NCBI GenBank assembly: GCA_035530075.1
Contig: DATKVM010000002.1
Location: forward strand, 24,818-88,817
Length of the DNA stretch: 64,000 bases
Reading direction: 5' to 3'
From: Patescibacteria group bacterium
GTDB lineage: Bacteria; Patescibacteriota; Microgenomatia; UM-FILTER-40-11
Position numbers and translations under genes: made by a program
The notes under the pieces: generated by a model
What the model was told of the DNA's origin: nothing
The model's database searches: none
What the model saw: only the letters and a program-made list of their open reading frames with translations
Shown here: positions 39,561 through 48,330 of the stretch, one piece after another
How the letters are laid out: each line of letters starts with the position of its first letter
How positions within the stretch are numbered: the first letter of the stretch is position 1

Positions 39561-40853
39561 TCAGCGACTTAGAAGTTCAATTGCTTTTTCCAGGGGTAAA
39601 TCTTTGGTCTCGTCTTGATCTGCTTTCACTTCCAAGTCAGGCTTAACTCCCTCCTGATCAATTGACTGACCGGAAGGCAGCAGCCAACGGGCAACCGTGA
39701 TATGTAAGCCGGCCCCACCGGCTAAATCCTCTGCCTCTTGAACTGTTCCTTTACCAAAACTTTTCTCGCCCACGACCTTCGCCCGCTTAGTTTCCTGAAG
39801 AGCGCCGGCAACAATTTCCGAAGCGGAAGCAGATCCGCCATTAACTAATACCACCAACGGCTCTTTCAAGAGTTTTCCCTGACGGTTAACCGAATGAACC
39901 TCTTTGCCGTTGACCCCCCGATCTTGTTGGACCACAATTCCTGACGGTAAAAATTCGCTGCTGATAAAAACCGCTCCTTGTAAAAAGCCGCCGGGATTAT
40001 TACGCAAATCCAAAATTACCCCGGCGAAATTTTTGGCTTTAGCCTGCTCAACTTTTATTTCATCCACGGCTTCTTCCCATTCATCATAAGTCCTTTCCCC
40101 AAAGCGGGAAAGCTTTAAAACTGCCACTTCCTTATTATTGCTCTCTTCGAATTTAACCTCGACGCTCTTAATGACAATGGTACTTCTCTTCAAGCTGACC
40201 TCGAAAGGTTTCCCTTCCTCCCCCCGCAAAATTGTCAACTTAACGCTAGAACCCTTTGGCCCGCGAATTAACTTAACCGCTTCGGGCAAAGAAATACTCA
40301 TCGTTTCTCGATCAACCTTTTGCGCTTCATCCACAATTTTTAAGATTAAATCCCCGGCTTTAAGACCCGCCGCTTCGGCTGGCGTTCCGGAGAGAGGGGC
40401 CACCACCGCCAAGCGTTTTTCCTTGTCGTAGCCAATTTGAATCCCCACGCCCTCGAAATCTCCCCGCAAGTCGTCTTTCGTTTCTTTATTCTCTTCGGGA
40501 GGCAAGAAAACGGTATAAGGATCATCAAGGGAAGCAACCATTCCGGAAACAGCACCATAAACCATCTTTTTCCGGTCGATCTCTTTACGGCCCAAGAAGT
40601 TAGTTTCGAGTTTATCCCAAACTTCCCAGAAAAGGTTGAAATCAAGCCCTTCCTTACTGGCGGGAACTTTTCTTTCGAGCTTAACCTCACTTGAGGAGTG
40701 ACCAAAGTTAGAAAAAGCCTGATTTTGGCCGAGGCGGTAACTCACACCGCCGACTAAAACCAATAAACTGACGCCCAGGATAAATATCCTGATTTGTTTT
40801 AAAGTCAATCTCATACGGAGCATAAAGTCAATTTTACTTGACCCGGACGACAA
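39561..40853 (-). CDS. ctpA: carboxyl-terminal processing peptidase (S41) with a PDZ domain
   Basis: S41 core GGSASASEIVAGALQ, Lys region and PDZ. Confidence 0.88.
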   Translation of the reverse strand: MSSGSSKIDFMLRMRLTLKQIRIFILGVSLLVLVGGVSYRLGQNQAFSNFGHSSSEVKLERKVPASKEGLDFNLFWEVWDKLETNFLGRKEIDRKKMVYGAVSGMVASLDDPYTVFLPPEENKETKDDLRGDFEGVGIQIGYDKEKRLAVVAPLSGTPAEAAGLKAGDLILKIVDEAQKVDRETMSISLPEAVKLIRGPKGSSVKLTILRGEEGKPFEVSLKRSTIVIKSVEVKFEESNNKEVAVLKLSRFGERTYDEWEEAVDEIKVEQAKAKNFAGVILDLRNNPGGFLQGAVFISSEFLPSGIVVQQDRGVNGKEVHSVNRQGKLLKEPLVVLVNGGSASASEIVAGALQETKRAKVVGEKSFGKGTVQEAEDLAGGAGLHITVARWLLPSGQSIDQEGVKPDLEVKADQDETKDLPLEKAIELLSR

Positions 40854-41082
40854 ATGGAAGAAGGCCTAAAAACCGCGCTCTTTTAATTGCCACTGCCAGG
40901 TGCCGTTGATGTTTAGAACACAAACCGGAGCGGTCTTTACCCACTATCTTCCCTCTTTCAGTCAAATAATTCCTTAAGGTTTCGGGATTTTTATAATCAG
41001 GAGCCAGCTTGTTCTGACAAAAATAACAATTTTTCGGGCTAACTTTGATTCTTCTGGCTGATAATCGTTTTCTTCTTATCAT
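40834..41082 (-). CDS. rpsR: 30S ribosomal protein S18
   Basis: CYFCQ...YKNPETLRNYLTERGKI, the S18 signature. Confidence 0.9.
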   Translation of the reverse strand: MIRRKRLSARRIKVSPKNCYFCQNKLAPDYKNPETLRNYLTERGKIVGKDRSGLCSKHQRHLAVAIKRARFLGLLPFVVRVK

Positions 41083-41100
41083 TATTTTCTCCTCGCTTCG

Positions 41101-41610
41101 TTAAAAAGGAATGTCAACTTCCTGTAGCTCATCTGTTTCCGCTTTCGGCCCTGATTTAGTCTTAACCTTCTTAGGAGCCGGAGCTTCTGCGGCAGTTGGT
41201 TCTTCGGCCGGCGGGGTTTCTGGTACCGGCGGTTCAGTTGCGGCGGGAGCCATTTCCCTTTCCGCTTCCGCTTGCCGGCTATCTAAAATAATCATCTCTT
41301 CAATTACGATTTCCGTCGCTTGTCGTTGACTCCCGTCTTGAGCTGCCCAAGTGCGGGTCTGCAGTCTCCCTTCAACATAAACCTTACGGCCTTTAAATAA
41401 GAGTTGGGAACAAAGTTCGGCTAATTTGTTCCAAGCGACAATCCGGTGAAACTCAGTTTCTTCCCGCTTCTCCCCACTTTCGGTGGTCCAAGAGCGATTA
41501 GTCGCTAAACCTAAAGTGCAAACTGCTGTTCCCTGAGGCGTATATCTTAATTCGGGATCTCTCGTTAAATTACCAATCAGTTGAACTTTATTAAGTGACC
41601 TTGAAGACAT
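41101..41610 (-). CDS. ssb: single-stranded DNA-binding protein
   Basis: An OB fold, a Pro/Ala-rich linker and an acidic tail ending DIPF. Confidence 0.92.
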   Translation of the reverse strand: MSSRSLNKVQLIGNLTRDPELRYTPQGTAVCTLGLATNRSWTTESGEKREETEFHRIVAWNKLAELCSQLLFKGRKVYVEGRLQTRTWAAQDGSQRQATEIVIEEMIILDSRQAEAEREMAPAATEPPVPETPPAEEPTAAEAPAPKKVKTKSGPKAETDELQEVDIPF

Positions 41611-41624
41611 TTAATTTACCTCCT

Positions 41625-41966
41625 TTACTTTTCTTTGACCTTTTTGGTCTTTTTTTCCTTCGGAGCTTCCTCCTCTCCTCTTTCCCGACTAATAACTAAG
41701 TAACGTAAGATTTTTTCTTCCAAGAGGAGCTTTTGGCTCAAAGAAGATAAAGAAGTCACCGGAGCAGAAAATTCCATCAAATAAAAAGCTCCCTCGGTTT
41801 GTTTTTTAATCGGGGTAGCCAAGTTTTTTTTACCTAAATCCTTTGCTTGAGAAGCTTTGCCCTCGGAGTCGGTAATTTGTTTTTGGATTTTATCAAGCAG
41901 TTTCTCTTGTTCCGCCGCCGATAACTCCGGACTCAAGATAACCACCAACTCGTAATTACGGTTCAT
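41625..41966 (-). CDS. rpsF: 30S ribosomal protein S6
   Basis: MNRNYELVVILSPELS... Sits in the conserved rpsF-ssb-rpsR order. Confidence 0.9.
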   Translation of the reverse strand: MNRNYELVVILSPELSAAEQEKLLDKIQKQITDSEGKASQAKDLGKKNLATPIKKQTEGAFYLMEFSAPVTSLSSLSQKLLLEEKILRYLVISRERGEEEAPKEKKTKKVKEK

Positions 41967-42124
41967 TTCCCTTTTTCTTTGTTGAAAACCTCAAAACGTT
42001 TTTTCTTTGTCCCTTATTTTACCTTCAAGTCGATTTATTGTCAATGAGTAGCGATTGTCTCCTTGTCAAATTGTTCCATTGCTAAAATAATCAACAATGA
42101 AGCCATGAAACAATGAATCAATTT

Positions 42125-43033
42125 TTAAGCGTTGAATTTAAATTCAATAATATCTCCTTCTTTTACGAAGTAATCTCTTCCTTCAAGTCTGACTTTCCCT
42201 GTCTCCGCCGCGCCTTTCCATCCCCCACTTTCCACCAATTCCTCAAACCCCACTACTTCTGCCTTAACAAACCCTTTGGCCATATCAGTATGGACCTCTC
42301 CGGCTGCATCAAGGCTGGTTTTCCCTTTTTGCAGGCTCCAGGCGCGGACCTCCTTTCCTCCTTTAATCGTATAAAAAGTTATTAAGCCCAGGAGCTGATA
42401 TGCTTTTTTGATTAATTTGTCCAAACCGCTTTCTTCGATTCCCATTTCTTTAAGATACTGTTTTCTCTCTTCTGAAGAAAAATCTGCCAAGTCTGCCTCC
42501 AGTTTGGCGCAAACAGGCACTAGTTCAACTTCTTCCTCTCCCACCTTAATCCTAGACGGCCATTTTTGGTCTTTTAGTTGATCTTCAGAAACATTAAGAA
42601 CATAAATCGTCGGCTTTTTGATTCCCCCCAACTGAAGCTCAATATTCACTATCTCAATATCCCTTCTGGGATCAATTGTCTCATAATAATGGCTGACATC
42701 AGGATTGGTAAACATCCGGACAATATGAACAATGGCCGCTACCTCTCTTATCTTTCCCAAAAATTGATTTCCCAGTCCTTCTCCTTTATGAGCGCCTTTA
42801 ATTAAACCAGCAATATCAATAAATTCCACTGAAGCAGGAGTGGTTGTTTGGGGTTTTATTAGTTGAGAGAGTCTTTCTAATCTTTCATCAGGAACCGGAA
42901 CAATGCCCACATTTGGCTCAATGGTGGTAAAAGGAAAGCTCTCGACCTTGGCCATTTGCCGAGAAAGCAAGGCATTAAACAAGGTGGATTTCCCGGCATT
43001 AGGAAGACCGACTATCCCCAAAGAAAGACTCAT
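42125..43033 (-). CDS. ychF: ribosome-binding ATPase YchF (Obg-family GTPase/ATPase), short form
   Basis: GIVGLPNAGKSTLFNAL, a DIAGLIKGA switch, NxxD variant and a C-terminal TGS domain GDIIEFKFN. Confidence 0.88.
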   Translation of the reverse strand: MSLSLGIVGLPNAGKSTLFNALLSRQMAKVESFPFTTIEPNVGIVPVPDERLERLSQLIKPQTTTPASVEFIDIAGLIKGAHKGEGLGNQFLGKIREVAAIVHIVRMFTNPDVSHYYETIDPRRDIEIVNIELQLGGIKKPTIYVLNVSEDQLKDQKWPSRIKVGEEEVELVPVCAKLEADLADFSSEERKQYLKEMGIEESGLDKLIKKAYQLLGLITFYTIKGGKEVRAWSLQKGKTSLDAAGEVHTDMAKGFVKAEVVGFEELVESGGWKGAAETGKVRLEGRDYFVKEGDIIEFKFNA

Positions 43034-43958
43034 AATTTCCTCTCAACAATTTAGCAATTAATAGCGAAATTAGACTTAAAGCTTAAATCTAATTTCGTCT
43101 AACAAAATATACTTCACATTGATCACTCAATGAAAATCTCTCTGGTTCTGAAAAACTATTTCCCATCGATTTTAAAACGGCATCCGTCCCCTGATCAGTA
43201 TAAGTAAAATTGTCAAAAAGAACTCCGCCCCTAAACACTAACAATCTAAAATATTCTTCTAGCACTCTTGGCTCATAACGCGTTGCCCCAAAAAAATCAT
43301 AAATTAAAGAAAAACTTCCGCTTGCAAAGGGAGCCTCCCGGGCATCAAACCGGAGGTATGGAATGTTACCCCCCGACTGTAATTTTGCAATATCTCCACA
43401 AACCAACTGATAAGGATCGCCAAGAGCACTTCTAAGTCTTTTTTCAACACTCGCATTGTTTGAAGCTGGGGACAAAATGCGTATTTTATCATTACCTGAC
43501 AGAGGCAAAGAAAGTCCTTGGATAACCTTGGATAATGCTACAATTTCCTCTTCATTTAGACTGGACGACCAATTTTCCAAACTTCCCCCACGAGAATAAG
43601 TATTTACAAGATATTCTGCTAAATCATCCATAAACTAAAGTATAGCAAAATTTATATATCTTTTAAAAAAACAAAATCTTTTCTATTATAAATTTCTCCT
43701 TGCCTTTATAAAAAATGCCAATCAATTGCTTTCGATTCAATTTTGACATAAATAAAATAGTGAAATGATGTGTGGGTATATTTTGTTATTAGACAAAAAT
43801 AGTTGTTGCCTCCGGAACCTTAGCTTTAACAATTCTGCCCAAGTAATCTCTCTGAAGAATTTCCCTTGCTTTATTTTTCTTTGGAAGCACTAGTTTGAAG
43901 TAAAAATCAAAAGTAGGGGCAGTGAAAAGTGAATCCCGATAGAAAGTGACATATGAAA
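43015..43958. repeat. direct repeat copy A (about 0.95 kb): ychF 5' end, paralog A gene and about 330 bp upstream
   Basis: Three blocks are near-identical to copy B: 43015-43046, 43089-43150 (about 60/60) and 43876-43958 (about 90%). The coding middle has diverged. Confidence 0.8.
43089..43631 (-). CDS. small class-I methyltransferase-fold protein (degenerate motif I), paralog A
   Basis: FDAREAPFASGSFSLIYDFFGA...LEEYFRLLVFRGGVLFD matches methyltransferase motifs post-I, II and III. The Gly-rich motif I is not conserved (IRILSPASNNAS). About 50% identical to 46217..46810. Confidence 0.6.
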   Translation of the reverse strand: MDDLAEYLVNTYSRGGSLENWSSSLNEEEIVALSKVIQGLSLPLSGNDKIRILSPASNNASVEKRLRSALGDPYQLVCGDIAKLQSGGNIPYLRFDAREAPFASGSFSLIYDFFGATRYEPRVLEEYFRLLVFRGGVLFDNFTYTDQGTDAVLKSMGNSFSEPERFSLSDQCEVYFVRRN

Positions 43959-44021
43959 CCATTTTACTTCCTATTTAGCTTAAATTACAGCTCTTCTCTG
44001 AGATAAGAGGGAGGTTGTTAG

Positions 44022-46076
44022 CTATCCCAAATTCAAATCTCTGGTTTGCAGAATCCAAATCTGTCCTTCCTTATCTATAGCCCACTCTATATCCTGTGGG
44101 GTTTCACCAAACTCAGATCTTAAGCGTTCCGACAGCATAAACAAAGCTTTTGCCTCTGAAGGAGAAAGAATCTTTGGTCCTTTTTGTTCAATTACACGCC
44201 TCTCAGAGCGAGAAAATTTATATCGCTCAACATCCTTCGCTTCTCCCGAAACTATTCCTTCACCTAAGCCTTCATTCGCCTCTATCTCAACTATATCCAG
44301 GTTTTTGGTCTGCACATTCACACCAAAAATCACGCCCGCACACCTGGCTGGAACCATTTCTTGAACAACAACTGCCATTTTGAGTTTCGCAACAAGACTT
44401 GAGTTTTCTTTCAGATACCTCTCGATCTTTAGCGAGAATGCTGAACGGACAACTTCAAGCATTTTCAGAGAAAGAGCTTCTCCAGAAACATTCAAAAAAG
44501 TATCAAACATCCCTGCCATAGAATTCTTACTATCATCTTCTATGGTTACCGAGGAACGAACAGCAAACACCTTACCCGATTTTATGTAATCGGCTAAAAC
44601 TTTATTCACAAGGTCAATCACATCTCTATCAGGATCCTTAAGTTGTTCATAAATCTTCGGAAAATCTTCAATAGAAACAGGGCTAGAAAAACCCAGTTTC
44701 TTAATAATTTCATCAAACGACAAAGTTGTAAGAACCGCTCCATGTGGAACCTGAAAACCCAAAATTTTAAGCTTAGAAAGCCTATCTGCCTTCCCGCCAC
44801 AGAGCTCCACCCCAAGCAAAGATGCATCCCAAAGTGAAACGTATTGTTGAGATTGTGTTCGGGACAAATTGGTCACTCTAACTTTTCCATTAGTAACCAC
44901 AATCTGTGCTTCATCTCCATTCTCAAATTTTTGATTTCCAACAAGAAAAGCCTTATGACCTTTATCAGTTAACACTCTCATCGCATGCTGTGTAGCAGCA
45001 ACCCCAGGATAAAGCACATAGAGTTTATCCTTCCAAACCGCAAGAGCTCCCAAGATGTCATAATTACGATTACTGATTATTTGTTCGCTTATTTTTACAA
45101 TAACTTTCCCAGAAAGCAGATCTTCTGACGGAACCTGTGCGAGTTTGTGAAAATCCTCCACATTCTTGATTACTCTTACAATACCCTTTATCCGCAAATT
45201 CTTGTCGCTCTCTTCTTTTGCCTCTTTCCAGTAATCTGCCACTTCGTTGAAACAAATACCATTCTCGTCTGTTGAAAATTCAACTCTCTGAGAACCATAT
45301 TTTTGAGAAAGTTCATGGACGACTCTGGCTACTTCCGTAATCTCCGAATCAGAAAGCACCTGATCAAACTGCATGTCTACAGGAACTTGAAATAGCTTTG
45401 CCCCAGACTCTTTTGTGGTGCAAAGCATCAAATTCTTTTGCGGTATCTCCTTGCGAATAATGAAGCCTCGATTTTGTTTAAACTCTATCTCATATCTATC
45501 TGCCACCAAAGATTGCACGCCTTCATTAATTCCAAAAACTGCATAAATAGTTACCCTTCCATTTTCTGATATTCCATAACCACCGTAGGGAATCAAAGCA
45601 GAATGGGGATCCTTGTTAAATTTTTCAATGTCCAAAACTGTAGATGGAGGCTCTATCCACCCGCTTATCTGATTTCCATTTACTTCATGATATTTTTGTT
45701 CTATTGCAAACTGGAAAAGGTCTTTTATGGCAGTTGTAACTTTTTCTGGAGTTGTTAAACCAAGAAAGCGGGGCCCTGGAGGATTTTCAAGGCCAGGCAC
45801 TACAAAGGCCCTACGAACTAATGCTGCATGTGAAGCACTTTCTTCAATTACTTTCTTCGCAGCAGCCTCAGCCTCACTAATAAATTCTTGAGGTAATTCT
45901 CTGTGTTTTAAAAAATACTTAAATATGTCTAAGGGAAAAACATATATATTAACTATCCGAGCACGAACTTCCTCTAATTTCTTCCAGCCATCTATCCTTG
46001 GATTTGGAAGTAAATATTCTGATGGTGAGATTAAATTTTTCATAGTAAAAAATAGGTTTGGGTATGATTTCCCCAA
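44022..46076 (-). CDS. PEP-utilising phosphotransferase with permuted domains: partial ATP-grasp half, phosphohistidine swivel domain, then a complete PPDK_N ATP-grasp
   Basis: The C-terminal 260 aa match the PpsA N-terminal ATP-grasp (FAVRSSVTIEDDSKNSMAGMFDTFLNV; PQDIEWAIDKEGQIWILQTRD). The middle PGVAATQHAMRVLTDKGHKAFLVG matches the swivel domain [21 protein letters not shown]. The N-terminal third resembles a second ATP-grasp half. Confidence 0.75.
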   Translation of the reverse strand: MGKSYPNLFFTMKNLISPSEYLLPNPRIDGWKKLEEVRARIVNIYVFPLDIFKYFLKHRELPQEFISEAEAAAKKVIEESASHAALVRRAFVVPGLENPPGPRFLGLTTPEKVTTAIKDLFQFAIEQKYHEVNGNQISGWIEPPSTVLDIEKFNKDPHSALIPYGGYGISENGRVTIYAVFGINEGVQSLVADRYEIEFKQNRGFIIRKEIPQKNLMLCTTKESGAKLFQVPVDMQFDQVLSDSEITEVARVVHELSQKYGSQRVEFSTDENGICFNEVADYWKEAKEESDKNLRIKGIVRVIKNVEDFHKLAQVPSEDLLSGKVIVKISEQIISNRNYDILGALAVWKDKLYVLYPGVAATQHAMRVLTDKGHKAFLVGNQKFENGDEAQIVVTNGKVRVTNLSRTQSQQYVSLWDASLLGVELCGGKADRLSKLKILGFQVPHGAVLTTLSFDEIIKKLGFSSPVSIEDFPKIYEQLKDPDRDVIDLVNKVLADYIKSGKVFAVRSSVTIEDDSKNSMAGMFDTFLNVSGEALSLKMLEVVRSAFSLKIERYLKENSSLVAKLKMAVVVQEMVPARCAGVIFGVNVQTKNLDIVEIEANEGLGEGIVSGEAKDVERYKFSRSERRVIEQKGPKILSPSEAKALFMLSERLRSEFGETPQDIEWAIDKEGQIWILQTRDLNLG

Positions 46077-46216
46077 CTCTATGCCTCAATTTTAATCCAC
46101 GGCCTGTTAATTAGCAATTACTGGAGGCTCAGAATGAACAATCCTCCCCATCTTATCCCTCTCCATGATAATTCTCGATTTTCTTGGGCTTGGGAGGATG
46201 AAGTCAAACTTGAAGT

Positions 46217-46810
46217 CTAAGAATGAGGTTGCGTAAGTTCTATCCCCAAAGAAAGACTCATAATTTCCTCTTTACGTCTAACAAAATATACTTCACATTG
46301 ATCACTCAATGAAAATCTCTCTGGTTCTGAAAAACAATCCTCCATTGATTTCAAAACCTCATCAGTCCTCGGAGAGGTATAAGTGAAATAGTCAAGAATA
46401 ACTCCGCCACCAGGCACTAACAATCTGAAATATTCTTTTAATGCTTCTGGATCGTAATATGCTGCTCCCAAAAAATCGCAAATTAAAGAGAAACTCTTAT
46501 CAGCGAAGGGGACCTTCCTGGCATCTAAATGAATAAACGTCTCTTTATCTACAGGTTTTACTAAGGAAATATCCCCACAAACTAGTTGGTAAGGAGCTCC
46601 TAAGCACTCTGCAAGTCTTCTTTCAAACCCTGCTTTGTTTGCAGAGGGTGATAAGATTCGTATCTTGTTTTCGCCCGATAGAGGCAAAGAAAGCCTTTTA
46701 ATAAACTCAGATAATGCTTGGGTCTCTTCCTCATTTCTTAAACTTTCCCAATTTTCAAGAACTCCACCAGGAGAATATTGCCATATAATGTTTTCTGTTG
46801 CCTTGTCCAT
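46217..46810 (-). CDS. small class-I methyltransferase-fold protein, paralog B, with a captured ychF N-terminus at its C-terminus
   Basis: FADKSFSLICDFLGA...LKEYFRLLVPGGGVILD. The C-terminal IMSLSLGI repeats the YchF start MSLSLGI. Confidence 0.6.
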   Translation of the reverse strand: MDKATENIIWQYSPGGVLENWESLRNEEETQALSEFIKRLSLPLSGENKIRILSPSANKAGFERRLAECLGAPYQLVCGDISLVKPVDKETFIHLDARKVPFADKSFSLICDFLGAAYYDPEALKEYFRLLVPGGGVILDYFTYTSPRTDEVLKSMEDCFSEPERFSLSDQCEVYFVRRKEEIMSLSLGIELTQPHS

Positions 46811-46932
46811 TAATATATTATAGCAAAGTATTTAAAAACTCTTCACTCTTTTTCTTCGGAAGCACTAATTTGAAGTAAAAATCAAAAGTAGGGGCAGTGA
46901 AAAGTGTATCCCAATAGACAGTGACATATGGC
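46237..46932. repeat. direct repeat copy B (about 0.7 kb), lacking the 45-bp palindrome found in copy A
   Basis: See copy A. Here the ychF fragment (atgagtctttctttggggata, reverse strand) is fused to the paralog B reading frame. Confidence 0.8.
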
Positions 46933-46976
46933 AATTATACTTGAATTAAGGCTGAAACGGTAGTTTTCCCAAGTGC

Positions 46977-47459
46977 TTAAGGGGCATCGCTTGAAGTGCA
47001 ATGACGAATAAATTCTTCCTTTGTACTTAAAGTTGTCTTCACTAAACAATCCTTACCATCGCTAGTTGCTTGATAGAAAAAATCTGCTTTAGTGTCCGGA
47101 TCCACGGGAATCTCCTTTAAATAACCTTTTTGCTGAACTTCAATTATACTTGTTGGACACTGTCCGATATCTAAACAAAAACGTCTCGCCTGAGTAGATA
47201 TTTCTTGTACTCCCGCCCTCCTAATTGCATCCCTAGCACTTGATAACTGATTTTTAGGCGAAGTAAAAACTAACATCAAAGAAACTAAGATTCCCAAAAG
47301 GGGTACTCCCAGTCCTATCCCCGTAACCCACCACTTCGCTCTTTTACTCCAGGGGGCAATAAACCACATAACGATAAGCCCAATAAGGAAGGTCGGAACA
47401 AACAAAAGAAGAATAATAGTTACCCAACTACGCCAATCCTGGTACCACTTTTTTCCCAT
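46977..47459 (-). CDS. pseudopilin-like membrane protein (GspG/pilin-type C-terminal domain) with an atypical double-TM N-terminus
   Basis: The C-terminus GYLKEIPVDPDTKADFFYQATSDGKDCLVKTTLST resembles the PxDPWG...Y.Y..DG pseudopilin fold. Two N-terminal TM helices. Confidence 0.4.
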   Translation of the reverse strand: MGKKWYQDWRSWVTIILLLFVPTFLIGLIVMWFIAPWSKRAKWWVTGIGLGVPLLGILVSLMLVFTSPKNQLSSARDAIRRAGVQEISTQARRFCLDIGQCPTSIIEVQQKGYLKEIPVDPDTKADFFYQATSDGKDCLVKTTLSTKEEFIRHCTSSDAP

Positions 47460-47471
47460 AATTCTATTGAA

Positions 47472-47801
47472 TCACCACCAAGGGATAATTGCAAATATGT
47501 CAGGAAATAGTTCTACTAGGGTCATCCAAACGGCAACAAAAATAACCACCCAACCCGCAAGTTTATAAACTTTTAGTTTTTGCTGAAGAAAAAGCCAGGC
47601 CATGCTTAGTAGAAAAAAATTAAAAATTATCAAAAAGGGAAATTTTGACTTTATATTCCATCGTTCGATTAAATATATCACCAAAAGCAAGAGAAAAATT
47701 GTAGACCGACCTAGCAACCTTACAACAATCAAAACTGGATTTTTCGTTTTAGGCCATCTGAATTTCTGGTCTGAATTGTCTCTATTTTCCATATATCTCA
47801 A
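47472..47801 (-). CDS. small membrane protein, 109 aa
   Basis: Three hydrophobic helices. Confidence 0.45.
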   Translation of the reverse strand: MRYMENRDNSDQKFRWPKTKNPVLIVVRLLGRSTIFLLLLVIYLIERWNIKSKFPFLIIFNFFLLSMAWLFLQQKLKVYKLAGWVVIFVAVWMTLVELFPDIFAIIPWW

Positions 47802-47820
47802 CTTCCCATAATACCACTAA

Positions 47821-47850
47821 TAGCTTACTTGAGGCTAAAAGACGAGGCTC
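47821..47850. promoter_or_regulatory. 30-nt conserved motif copy 1 (TAGCTTACTTGAGGCTAAAAGACGAGGCTC), a candidate operator
   Basis: 28 of 30 positions match 48791..48820. On the minus strand it lies just upstream of a TGgTATTAT -10-like box for gene 47472..47801. Confidence 0.45.
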
Positions 47851-47852
47851 GG

Positions 47853-48032
47853 TTACTTTCGTTTATATCCCCAAGGCATTCTGCCAAAACCGTGACCCTT
47901 TTGGTCAATTCGATGGATATTGAAAGATTGGCACTTTGGACATTTCATTTCCACGACTCTTTTACCTGTCCCAAATGGCGCTTCCCAAATATGGCCGCAA
48001 TCCTCACATTTAATTTTTTTAACTCCATTCAT
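47853..48032 (-). CDS. zinc-ribbon mini-protein (59 aa, CxxC-18-CxxC), not in the ORF track
   Basis: MNGVKKIKCEDCGHIWEAPFGTGKRVVEMKCPKCQSFNIHRIDQKGHGFGRMPWGYKRK. A strong GGAGGTGA Shine-Dalgarno sits 7 nt upstream of the ATG. Confidence 0.6.
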   Translation of the reverse strand: MNGVKKIKCEDCGHIWEAPFGTGKRVVEMKCPKCQSFNIHRIDQKGHGFGRMPWGYKRK

Positions 48033-48038
48033 TAACCC

Positions 48039-48320
48039 TCACCTCCCTTTTTCAATCCTAATCGCCTTACCCAAGATAATTGCCCGGGCAATTTTTTTAT
48101 GAGCACTTTCCAAAAGCCGGGCAAAGGTCGGTTGGGAAATTTTCATTTTAGCGGCCGCCTCTTTTTGTTCCAAGCCATCAACTTCATGGAGTTTTAAGGC
48201 TTCAAGCTCATCGGGCAATAAAATCTCCTCTTCAAGTAATCGGAGAGGAACGCCTCGAGGCTTAAAGTAATAAACATTAGGCTTAAAGCGCAAACAGCGT
48301 GGTCTTCTTGGCCTGGGCAT
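48039..48320 (-). CDS. DUF134-type HTH DNA-binding protein (sigma-70 region-4-like helix)
   Basis: RFKPNVYYFKPRGVPL...LEALKLHEVDGLEQKEAAAKMKISQPTFARLLESAHKKIARAI, an HTH of family UPF0251/DUF134. Confidence 0.7.
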   Translation of the reverse strand: MPRPRRPRCLRFKPNVYYFKPRGVPLRLLEEEILLPDELEALKLHEVDGLEQKEAAAKMKISQPTFARLLESAHKKIARAIILGKAIRIEKGR

Positions 48321-48330
48321 ATTTATTAAT

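Noticed and set aside
42113-42385. Plus-strand 90-aa ORF inside ychF
   Set aside because: It is an antisense shadow of a conserved GTPase gene.
47829-48035. Listed plus-strand ORF (68 aa, TTG start)
   Set aside because: Its first 8 codons are the 30-nt repeat motif, and it has no RBS. The reverse strand encodes a zinc-ribbon protein with CxxC pairs and a strong Shine-Dalgarno. The plus-strand ORF is treated as an antisense shadow.
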